A stretch of DNA of 45,128 nt from a virus (lineage: Duplodnaviria > Caudoviricetes), in the IMG/VR virus record IMGVR_UViG_3300009678_000021, positions 1 to 45,128 of that record; one strand, given 5' to 3'. Shown one piece after another: positions 27,864 through 34,810 of the stretch; the stretch's first letter is position 1, and each line of letters starts with the position of its first letter. Below the pieces are notes generated by a model. The model did no database searches. It saw only the letters and a program-made list of their open reading frames with translations, and was not told the DNA's origin. The translations under genes were made by a program, and so were the position numbers.

Positions 27864-28070
27864 ATGAGGGAAGAGTATCTAGGGGATGGCGTTTATGCAT
27901 CGTTCGACGGCTATCAAATCTGGCTGCGGACTCCGCGCGAGAATGGCGACCACACGATAGCGCTGGAACCGGAGGTGTTACGAGCCCTCAAGGAATATGT
28001 AAATCAGCTAAATGAGGCCGCTCGCGTTCTCAATGCGGGAGCCAGCAATGGAACCGCTCAACAGGGATGA
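27864..28070 (+). CDS. Conserved-looking hypothetical phage protein
   Basis: GGAGG RBS; YLGDGVYASFDGYQIWL...IALEPEV. Confidence 0.7.
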   Translation: MREEYLGDGVYASFDGYQIWLRTPRENGDHTIALEPEVLRALKEYVNQLNEAARVLNAGASNGTAQQG

Positions 28071-28117
28071 CTGGATCTATATGTCAGCAGCACTGGCTAT
28101 TTCATGGCTTGTGATTC

Positions 28118-28358
28118 TTATGGCTTGGGTGGTGATGGGGCCATGAGCAAGGCTTTCTGCCAGATCCTAGCTAGGTGGAGCTCGCGGGCTGTCTCAGCGC
28201 CTAGCCTGACGCCTTGCTGCCGAACCGCTTGCCGGGATACGCCAGTGAGCTCGGCAATCTCGGCATAGGTAGCCAAGCCGCGGATCAACAAATGTTGCGC
28301 CGCGCGCTTTCTGGCTTCACGGCTGAGCGGTATTGATGTCCTTACGGTGGGCTTTCAT
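28118..28358 (-). pseudogene. Frameshifted small HTH gene
   Basis: GGAGAG RBS and ATG 28358 lead to a stop after 13 codons; +1 frame encodes ...ATYAEIAELTGVSRQAVRQ... ending TAA 28118. Confidence 0.55.
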
Positions 28359-28406
28359 GTTACTCTCCGGTTTGTGGCCCCGCCAAGGGCCGTTGTTTGT
28401 GGCATC

Positions 28407-28441
28407 AATGTACAGGACCATGATAGATTGTCAAATGACAA
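28407..28441 (-). promoter_or_regulatory. Leftward promoter with overlapping palindrome
   Basis: TTGACA (28434-29)-16 bp-TACATT (28412-07); TTGTCA-AA-TGACAA at 28428-28441. Confidence 0.55.
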
Positions 28442-28459
28442 GTACGTGATGAGGATGTA

Positions 28460-28651
28460 ATGAGAGCCTTTTGGAACTGGTTACGCGGTGTTCCAATGGT
28501 TTATCCGCCTTGGGATCTTAGAGTTGGGCCAGAGGTGTTTTGCCATTGGATGACAACGGGCGGTAAAACACCGGTAATCCAGCAGATTTGGGAACGCTCA
28601 GTTCAACTAACTGAAGGCAAAAATAGTGTCCAAAGCCAAACCGATGCGTGA
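28460..28651 (+). CDS. Hypothetical protein
   Basis: GAGGA RBS. Confidence 0.5.
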   Translation: MRAFWNWLRGVPMVYPPWDLRVGPEVFCHWMTTGGKTPVIQQIWERSVQLTEGKNSVQSQTDA

Positions 28652-28931
28652 CTTGAGAATGGCAGCTCGTAGTCATTCAACTATGGCGCTCAATACGTTA
28701 GTGGGGATTGCGAGGCAAACGCAGTCGCCGCCAGCTGCCCGTGTGGCCGCGGCTACGCAGATCCTGGACCGCGGCTGGGGCAAGGCCGACCAGAACCACA
28801 CCGTCGACGGTGACATCAAGGTCACAATTCGCCATATCCTTGAACATATTGATGAAAAACCTGTCGTGATCGAGGGCAAAGAGGTGCTGACGATCGAGGC
28901 CGAGCCAGAGAAACCCGACGATGCAGCATGA
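28626..28931 (+). CDS. terS: Putative terminase small subunit
   Basis: ARSHSTMALNTLVGIA...ARVAAATQILDRGWGK...IKVTI; no other TerS candidate near TerL. Confidence 0.6.
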   Translation: MSKAKPMRDLRMAARSHSTMALNTLVGIARQTQSPPAARVAAATQILDRGWGKADQNHTVDGDIKVTIRHILEHIDEKPVVIEGKEVLTIEAEPEKPDDAA

Positions 28932-29080
28932 TCATCACGTGCAGATGTGGCGGATTGTTTTGCGGCTAAAACAGCTCGATCGGCTGTATGAATGGTGGGT
29001 TCCACGGTGTATGAGCTCGACGCCTGGTTCCTGGTGAGCGCCATGCTGCTACTGGTTGGGACGTATCTGCTTGAGACCAA

Positions 29081-29137
29081 ACTCTAACAAGTCTAACGTT
29101 AGACAGTGCTTGACTAACATCTGTTAGAGTGTAGTCT
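29081..29137 (+). promoter_or_regulatory. Promoter embedded in CTAAC/GTTAG repeats
   Basis: TTGACT-16 bp-TAGTCT; palindrome GTCTAACGTTAGAC 29091-29104; five half-sites. Confidence 0.6.
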
Positions 29138-29143
29138 ACCCCC

Positions 29144-29329
29144 ATGGAAATAGGGTTCTTGATCAGCACAATCGCCCGGGTCCGGCGAGCGATGCCTCGC
29201 AACGCTGACGCCATGGCGTTGTGTGACGAGCTTGAGCGTCTCCTGACCAAACCCACGAAACCGAAGTTTGATCGCGCCGGCTACATGAGAGAGTATATGC
29301 GCAAGCGCAGGGCCAAGGGTCAGACCTAG
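29144..29329 (+). CDS. Small protein with basic C-terminal helix (possible DNA binder)
   Basis: FDRAGYMREYMRKRRAK; ATG 6 nt after -10. Confidence 0.65.
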   Translation: MEIGFLISTIARVRRAMPRNADAMALCDELERLLTKPTKPKFDRAGYMREYMRKRRAKGQT

Positions 29330-29460
29330 TAAGGAGTACTGACCCAACTCGATGCAGGGGGTGGGGAGCCCCGACCCCGGTCGACCGGAATTATGGGACC
29401 CTAGATGGGACTCCTGTACCGGTAATGTCTAGTTCCTTGAAACCACCGTGGGAGGTTAAA

Positions 29461-29706
29461 ATGACGGTATGGTTCGACCCGAAAGAAAAGCTACCGCTAG
29501 ATGAGCAGGAATGCCTGCTTATGCCAGTAGATCACGGCGGCCTGACCACGATCGGCGTTTATGGGCCGATCTCGTGGGTGGCTAAGGATAAGGTCTGGAT
29601 GGACCTGTTCCGCGACCCCGAAGCCGGTTCAATCGTCCAACCAGAGCATGTTGGCAAGTGGTGCGATTGGTCCTCCATCGCCCCTGACGAGTCAGAGGAG
29701 ATCTGA
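29461..29706 (+). CDS. Hypothetical protein (DUF551-like start)
   Basis: GGAGGT RBS; WFDPKEKLP. Confidence 0.6.
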   Translation: MTVWFDPKEKLPLDEQECLLMPVDHGGLTTIGVYGPISWVAKDKVWMDLFRDPEAGSIVQPEHVGKWCDWSSIAPDESEEI

Positions 29707-29758
29707 CAAGGAACATTTCTTCGAACCTAGCAGACGGAAGGTCTTTTGAGGAGGAACC

Positions 29759-30121
29759 ATGGAGAGAGCGACCAACAGAGTACCGAGGTCTTTTCTGGAT
29801 TTTGATGATCCGGGGGCTGGTGACGATGAGCCCGTTAAGGGGATTACGGCGGGGGACATCCGGGCTTGGCACGACCAATATGACAACATTCTGTCCACTT
29901 GGGCTGATTGTCGCACGGCTCTATCGGCGGAAAGGGGTGCACTTCTAGCTGTTGTCCGCCTTGCGGGCGGCGAAGTGGAGGGGCACCCGACGTCGTCGAT
30001 TAACATCCTTCAGCGCATCCGCCAGTTAGTCAGGATTGAAGGGAGCTGGTTGGCTGACCGTGACCAAAAGATGTTGCCGGATCGCAACCGTGGTTGGAAA
30101 GTATTTGGCGAAGGAAAATAA
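29759..30121 (+). CDS. Hypothetical protein
   Basis: GAGGAGG RBS; RLAGGEVEGHPTSSINILQRI. Confidence 0.65.
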   Translation: MERATNRVPRSFLDFDDPGAGDDEPVKGITAGDIRAWHDQYDNILSTWADCRTALSAERGALLAVVRLAGGEVEGHPTSSINILQRIRQLVRIEGSWLADRDQKMLPDRNRGWKVFGEGK

Positions 30122-30204
30122 CGGGCTGCCCGTGGGGCGGCAGAGGATCCTTAAGTGGATGGCCCCACACATCATTTCCTCGAAACCACAAACCAGGAGG
30201 CAAC

Positions 30205-30408
30205 ATGAGCATCGGAGCGGAGCGTGTTCGGGAGAGTTTCAACCCTTCCAAGGACAATATGGTTGACAAGATCAAGCGGTACACGGCCGACCTGATTGAT
30301 CTGTGCGAGGATCTGAAGGCGCTCGAGCCGCGGCTTGCTGCGATGGCGCAGACGGCTTACGAGGAGGCGGCGATGTGGGCGGTGAAGGCGGCGACGACCA
30401 AGAAGTAG
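30205..30408 (+). CDS. Acb2/Tad1-like helical hairpin protein (candidate signal sponge)
   Basis: AGGAGG RBS; FNPS...VDKIK...ADLID...RLAAMAQTAYEEAAMWAVKAAT. Confidence 0.6.
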   Translation: MSIGAERVRESFNPSKDNMVDKIKRYTADLIDLCEDLKALEPRLAAMAQTAYEEAAMWAVKAATTKK

Positions 30409-30417
30409 GGAGGAACC

Positions 30418-30477
30418 ATGGCGAAGAAACCGAAGCCCAAGCCAACCCACAAGCCGAAACCGAGGCCGGGATGTTGA
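30418..30477 (+). CDS. 19 aa Lys/Pro-rich peptide
   Basis: GGAGGA RBS; MAKKPKPKPTHKPKPRPGC. Confidence 0.45.
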   Translation: MAKKPKPKPTHKPKPRPGC

Positions 30478-30701
30478 TACGTCCGAGGCCTCACTTGCCG
30501 GAACCCTGGCTTTATTCGGCCGAGGAGTATGCGCGACACCGGGCGGATTACGAGGTAGCGCTTGCCGAGTGGCATCGGGAGAAGGATCTGGTGATGCTGG
30601 CGCACGCCATTCCGGTGGTTTGTGTAACTGTGATGGGGATTGCGCTGGCGCTGGTGGGACCGTGGATCGTTTTGGACATGATCCGGATTTTGGCCCAATG
30701 A
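30471..30701 (+). CDS. Hypothetical membrane protein
   Basis: C-terminal hydrophobic helix; coupled to neighbours. Confidence 0.55.
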   Translation: MLIRPRPHLPEPWLYSAEEYARHRADYEVALAEWHREKDLVMLAHAIPVVCVTVMGIALALVGPWIVLDMIRILAQ

Positions 30702-30877
30702 ACGAACTTGATCGCTTGCAGGACATCAGAGTGGAAGAGGCTCGGGAGCGTGACCGGTTGCGCTCTGAGAACCGGTTGCTACGGGCCAGGGTTGCGGAAC
30801 TTGAGGCTGAGTGTGACCGGTGGGCCGATGCCTCGATCGCTGAGGACAATCGCCGAGCAAGAGGACCTAAATCATGA
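30698..30877 (+). CDS. Hypothetical coiled-coil protein
   Basis: ATGA coupling at both ends. Confidence 0.55.
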   Translation: MNELDRLQDIRVEEARERDRLRSENRLLRARVAELEAECDRWADASIAEDNRRARGPKS

Positions 30878-31179
30878 AACACATGGATCCGCCTGCGGAC
30901 GATCTTCGGGAGCGGTTCATTCTGTGGCTGGCCGGCAAGCCGCGGGACCAGCGGTACAATTGGGGCAATTCTGCGAAGTGTGCGTGCGGGTCGTTTATCC
31001 GGGAGGAGCTGAGCGAGCGGGTTACGCCCTACCGGTGGTTCCCGTGGTTTACGAAGGACGTCAAGTTTGACCAGTTGGCGGCGAACGAGGTGTGGTACCG
31101 CTGGAACACGCTGGCGAAGGACTGCGGGACGTATGGGGTCCTGTTGGACAAGGTGCGTGATGGCCAAGGGAGGGTCTGA
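30874..31179 (+). CDS. Hypothetical protein
   Basis: GAGGA RBS; FILWLAGKP...YNW...CACG. Confidence 0.65.
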   Translation: MKHMDPPADDLRERFILWLAGKPRDQRYNWGNSAKCACGSFIREELSERVTPYRWFPWFTKDVKFDQLAANEVWYRWNTLAKDCGTYGVLLDKVRDGQGRV

Positions 31180-31276
31180 TGGGAAAATATAATGAGACGC
31201 AATCCATATAGCTGGAAAGAGAACGCGATGTGGTTTGCGCTCGGGGCGGGTGCATTGGCTGCCATATGTGTGGCAT

Positions 31277-31453
31277 ATGGCTGACGACCTACTCGATCGG
31301 CTGGAGGACTGGAACGACGGCAGGAAGGTTCTGGCGGAGGCGATCGGGGAGATCAGGAAGCTGCGGGAGCGGATCGAGCAGTTGGAGGAGTTGAACCGGT
31401 TCCGGGTTCATCACGAACTGTACCGGGGGCTGAGACAGGAGAACGACGCATGA
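31277..31453 (+). CDS. Hypothetical coiled-coil protein
   Basis: DLLDRL...EAIGEIRKLRERIEQLE. Confidence 0.6.
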   Translation: MADDLLDRLEDWNDGRKVLAEAIGEIRKLRERIEQLEELNRFRVHHELYRGLRQENDA

Positions 31454-31614
31454 AGGAGAGACAAAGCCAGAAGCGCGAGGAACTGATTGATAAGTTCGCT
31501 GACATCTTCCACTCGTTTGGGGACCTCCACACCGTAACACCGCTGGCCTTCCTCGCCAAACTTGAGCGCAAGGGAATCACCATTTCCAGAAAGCCGAAGC
31601 CACGGCAGGAGTAA
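31450..31614 (+). CDS. Hypothetical 54 aa protein
   Basis: Translated by hand; AGGAG RBS, ATGA coupling. Confidence 0.5.
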   Translation: MKERQSQKREELIDKFADIFHSFGDLHTVTPLAFLAKLERKGITISRKPKPRQE

Positions 31615-31855
31615 CGACGGCTGAGTTATCGCAATTGCGAAACCGAGTTCCCGTTCCGTGATGTCACCGTGATCTCACACAGGTGGTGGGGTTTCTATAG
31701 GGACAACTTTACGCTAAGCACGATACCGGTAATTGAACGTCCATTCTCTTATGGGAGAGAATACGATGCAAAAACCGGACATCCGATTTGTAGTCGAAGT
31801 GACGCAAGGTGACCAACCCGACAAACCCGACTTCAACCACGGAATGGAGAATGGC

Positions 31856-32131
31856 ATGAACAATACCCAATGGCAGACCACACTCGCACCGGTAGTTTCA
31901 TTTTTTGCCGGCCTCCTCGCCGCCAAGATCCCGTGGCTAGACGCTGGCACCTGGACGCAGATCCTCGGCGGCGTTGTCGGGCTGGCCGCAACGTTGTGGG
32001 GTGGCCTCGCGGCGCGGCAGAACTCGCTTGTCTCCACGGTGGCCGCCATGGACGACGTTAAGTCGGTGACGCTGTCGCCGACTGCGCCGCAGAGTATGAT
32101 CACGGCAACACCGGCCAACGTTACAAAGTAG
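31856..32131 (+). CDS. Putative two-TM holin (alternative upstream start at 31766)
   Basis: GGAG RBS; two hydrophobic helices; upstream of a spanin pair. Confidence 0.6.
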   Translation: MNNTQWQTTLAPVVSFFAGLLAAKIPWLDAGTWTQILGGVVGLAATLWGGLAARQNSLVSTVAAMDDVKSVTLSPTAPQSMITATPANVTK

Positions 32132-32275
32132 ATGTTCTCGCGGGACCAGATCGTCATCACGGTTATCGTTACGCTGCTCGCGCTTTGCATCCCTTTTGGT
32201 GTGGGGATGGCGGTCTGGACCGGTAATACAAACTGGCTGATGCTCTGTGGCACCCTGTTGATATTTTTGTCATGA
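32132..32275 (+). CDS. 47 aa two-TM peptide
   Basis: Translated by hand: MFSRDQIVITVIVTLLALCIPFGVGMAVWTGNTNWLMLCGTLLIFLS. Confidence 0.55.
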   Translation: MFSRDQIVITVIVTLLALCIPFGVGMAVWTGNTNWLMLCGTLLIFLS

Positions 32276-32496
32276 ACATCATCGGCCTTGTGCTCGCGGT
32301 TCTGAAGTTCGTCAACTGGATCCTGTCGGCCGTCAGCCAGGAGCAATGGAAGCAGGACGGCCGGAACGAGGTGATCGCCGAAACCGCCCTGAACATCGCC
32401 CGCAAAGTCTCTTCCAAGAAAGCCATACAGGAGAAGGTCGATGCGATGTCGGACGAGGAACTTGATCTCGGTCTGCGCGATCTTGAGCCTAAATAG
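32272..32496 (+). CDS. Inner-membrane spanin (Rz-like)
   Basis: N-terminal TM then helical periplasmic region; overlapped by a lipoprotein gene. Confidence 0.65.
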   Translation: MNIIGLVLAVLKFVNWILSAVSQEQWKQDGRNEVIAETALNIARKVSSKKAIQEKVDAMSDEELDLGLRDLEPK

Positions 32497-32662
32497 CCTG
32501 GCGATGTGCGCGCATGTCGAGACGGTTGACAGTTTTTGTCAGCTCTACGGCCCGGTTATCGTCAACAAGGGTGACGGCGCCATCACGGCGAGAAGGGCGG
32601 TTAAGGCGCGCATTCTCGTCAACGAGCAGTTCTACCGGCAGGCCTGCGTGGGGAAAACATGA
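32441..32662 (+). CDS. Outer-membrane spanin lipoprotein (Rz1-like)
   Basis: Starts inside Rz in another frame; lipobox-like SLAM-C; DSFC...C-terminal C. Confidence 0.65.
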   Translation: MRCRTRNLISVCAILSLNSLAMCAHVETVDSFCQLYGPVIVNKGDGAITARRAVKARILVNEQFYRQACVGKT

Positions 32663-32859
32663 AGTTTCGCAGCAAAGAGAAGCGCGACGAGCTGGCCGAG
32701 TGTCTTGTAGCTCTTGCCAATTATATGCAGCGCTCTTTTGATCAAGGTAACCACGGGACAATTGTGGTCGACGATAGAATGATTGAAGATGTCAAGGCTG
32801 CTGCTTGCGTCGTCGCACTTAGCGCGTTCGAAGATGAAACGATGGTGGGATTGTTTTGA
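32659..32859 (+). CDS. Hypothetical protein
   Basis: ATGA coupling. Confidence 0.55.
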   Translation: MKFRSKEKRDELAECLVALANYMQRSFDQGNHGTIVVDDRMIEDVKAAACVVALSAFEDETMVGLF

Positions 32860-32888
32860 CCTTTATGGTGGCTGTCGAGCGATATGGC
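32852..32888 (+). repeat. Exact 37 bp direct repeat, copy 1
   Basis: TGTTTTGACCTTTATGGTGGCTGTCGAGCGATATGGC, identical to 35550-35586. Confidence 0.95.
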
Positions 32889-32953
32889 CGGGGTCGCGTG
32901 TGTGCTGCTGGCACTGGCCTTTACCGGTCTCTGGATGAAATAGGAAATAATGC

Positions 32954-33283
32954 ATGGCAACCGCCGTCATCACCGTAGCCTCTGGCGGTATTGCCGTTGT
33001 TGACGTCACGGCGACGACGCCGTTGCGCGGTGCGCCGGTGACCGAGGCGATCGCGGTTTCCGGTGTCAAGCGCGGCCTCGCCGTGACCAAGGTGGTCGCA
33101 CCGGTTCTCGGCATTCCGGTGACCTATATCTTCGAGGATGGCAGTCTCGATACCGGTGGCGGCGTTACGATTTCCGGCAGCTTGGCAACGATCGAGGCGA
33201 CGGATACCGCGTTGTTCAATGGTATTGTTGTTGCTCCCGTAACCAACTTCACTGCGGTCCGCATACATCACCTTCAGTGGTAA
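32954..33283 (+). CDS. Putative virion appendage adaptor with one ExxDxAxFxG repeat
   Basis: Val/Thr-rich beta N-terminus; GSLATIEATDTALFNG matches repeats in 1-2607. Confidence 0.7.
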   Translation: MATAVITVASGGIAVVDVTATTPLRGAPVTEAIAVSGVKRGLAVTKVVAPVLGIPVTYIFEDGSLDTGGGVTISGSLATIEATDTALFNGIVVAPVTNFTAVRIHHLQW

Positions 33284-33296
33284 AGGGAACCTGGTC

Positions 33297-33992
33297 ATGG
33301 TTGACAATAGCTCGCTTCCCGTTGCAAGCGGCAACGAAACGTTCGCCAATGATGACATCGGCGGCATTAAATATCCGCGCCCGAAGATCAATTGGGGTCC
33401 TGACGGTACGGCTAACGACGTTGATGTGGCTACCGGGAAACCTCTTCCGATTCAAATTCGTTCTGCTACGGGGCTGATTCCTTTTGGAGAGCCAACCGAC
33501 GCCAAGAGCGTCTCGACCGACACCACATCGGTTTCTGCGGTTTCGATCTGGAAACAGATCAGCGCCAGTGTGCAGTCACTCGTCACGTCGGCGGTTACAG
33601 TCGGCACCGCAGGCTCGCCCTCGACCCAGGTTCTGAGCGTGCAGGGGGTCGCGTCCGGTACCGCGCAGCCCGTCAGCAACACACCGCTGACCAATTTCGG
33701 CGCGGGTGAATATGAAACGGTAGCGGCCTCGCAGACGGCTCAGGCGCTCGGGGCGACGGGAGCGACGGGAGATTACATCTCTGGCATCCTTGTGATCCCG
33801 GCCACGACCTCCCCCGGCCTGGTCACGCTGCTCGATAACGCAATCTCGATCCCGGTGTTTGTCGGCGGCGCGACCAGCGTCTCCAACCTGGTGCCGTTCT
33901 TCATCCCTCTCGGGATGATCTCGGTTTCCGGAGCGTGGAAGATCACCACCGGCGCCAACGTGTCCTGCATCGGGATTGGGAACTTCACGTAA
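33297..33992 (+). CDS. Putative virion structural / fibre protein
   Basis: MVDN...DDIGGIKY..K..WGPDG...PLPI N-terminus; beta-rich C-terminal domain. Confidence 0.7.
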   Translation: MVDNSSLPVASGNETFANDDIGGIKYPRPKINWGPDGTANDVDVATGKPLPIQIRSATGLIPFGEPTDAKSVSTDTTSVSAVSIWKQISASVQSLVTSAVTVGTAGSPSTQVLSVQGVASGTAQPVSNTPLTNFGAGEYETVAASQTAQALGATGATGDYISGILVIPATTSPGLVTLLDNAISIPVFVGGATSVSNLVPFFIPLGMISVSGAWKITTGANVSCIGIGNFT

Positions 33993-34810
33993 TGGTATGG
34001 CCGGCGAGACCAGGGATAATCGCCGGGCGCGGCGCGCTCACGCCTGCGGCCGGGGGCGGCGCCTACGTAGGGCCGCTCGATACCAATCCAACCAATCTGT
34101 TTGGCTGGTGGGGCCTACGGGCGGCCAGTGCGGCCAAGTGCGGGACAAAGGCTATACGCATTGTCCGAGCGTCGGACAGCGCGCAGACCGATATCAACTC
34201 GCTGGCGGATGGCACCCTTGACGTCGCAACCGCTGCCACGTTCATGGCGGCGACGACGGCCAAGGTTGTTACCTTTTATGACCAGAGCGGTGCGCTCAAG
34301 AGTTTCGGGGCGGCCCTCGACCTGACGCAAGCTACTGACGGGAGCAGGGCTGCTTTCATCCTGAATGCCAACGGCTCGCTCCCCGCCGTTCGCTGTAGCG
34401 CAATTACGCAACTCTACAACAATTCCTCTGGCACGGTGCAGTCCGCGGTTACCACCGTATACGCCGCGTTTAAACGCACTGGTGATTTAACGGTTTTTCG
34501 GGCGGTTCTTTCACAAAATGGCGCGGGCTGGCAAATCGGCGCCGGTGACGCAAACAACAAAGCCCATATTTACGCCGGCACTTTCGTTACCGTCACCGCG
34601 ACCGATAATGCTTGGCACACATTATCAGCGCAGCTTAACGGAGCGAGCACCGTCGCGTCCGTAGATGGGTCGACCTCGACAGTTAGTCCCGGCACTCAGT
34701 TTACCGCTCCGAACTACACGATTAATATCGGGGGCTTTATAGGGGACTTCTTCGAAGCCGGCATCTGGCAAGCCGCCAAGACCGTCGCCAACGCGCCCGG
34801 TGCTCCATAA
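33992..34810 (+). CDS. Putative virion protein with AbfB/LamG-like beta-sandwich
   Basis: TAATG coupling; GPLD...WWGLR...[14 protein letters not shown]...FYDQSG...GDFFEAGIW. Confidence 0.7.
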   Translation: MVWPARPGIIAGRGALTPAAGGGAYVGPLDTNPTNLFGWWGLRAASAAKCGTKAIRIVRASDSAQTDINSLADGTLDVATAATFMAATTAKVVTFYDQSGALKSFGAALDLTQATDGSRAAFILNANGSLPAVRCSAITQLYNNSSGTVQSAVTTVYAAFKRTGDLTVFRAVLSQNGAGWQIGAGDANNKAHIYAGTFVTVTATDNAWHTLSAQLNGASTVASVDGSTSTVSPGTQFTAPNYTINIGGFIGDFFEAGIWQAAKTVANAPGAP

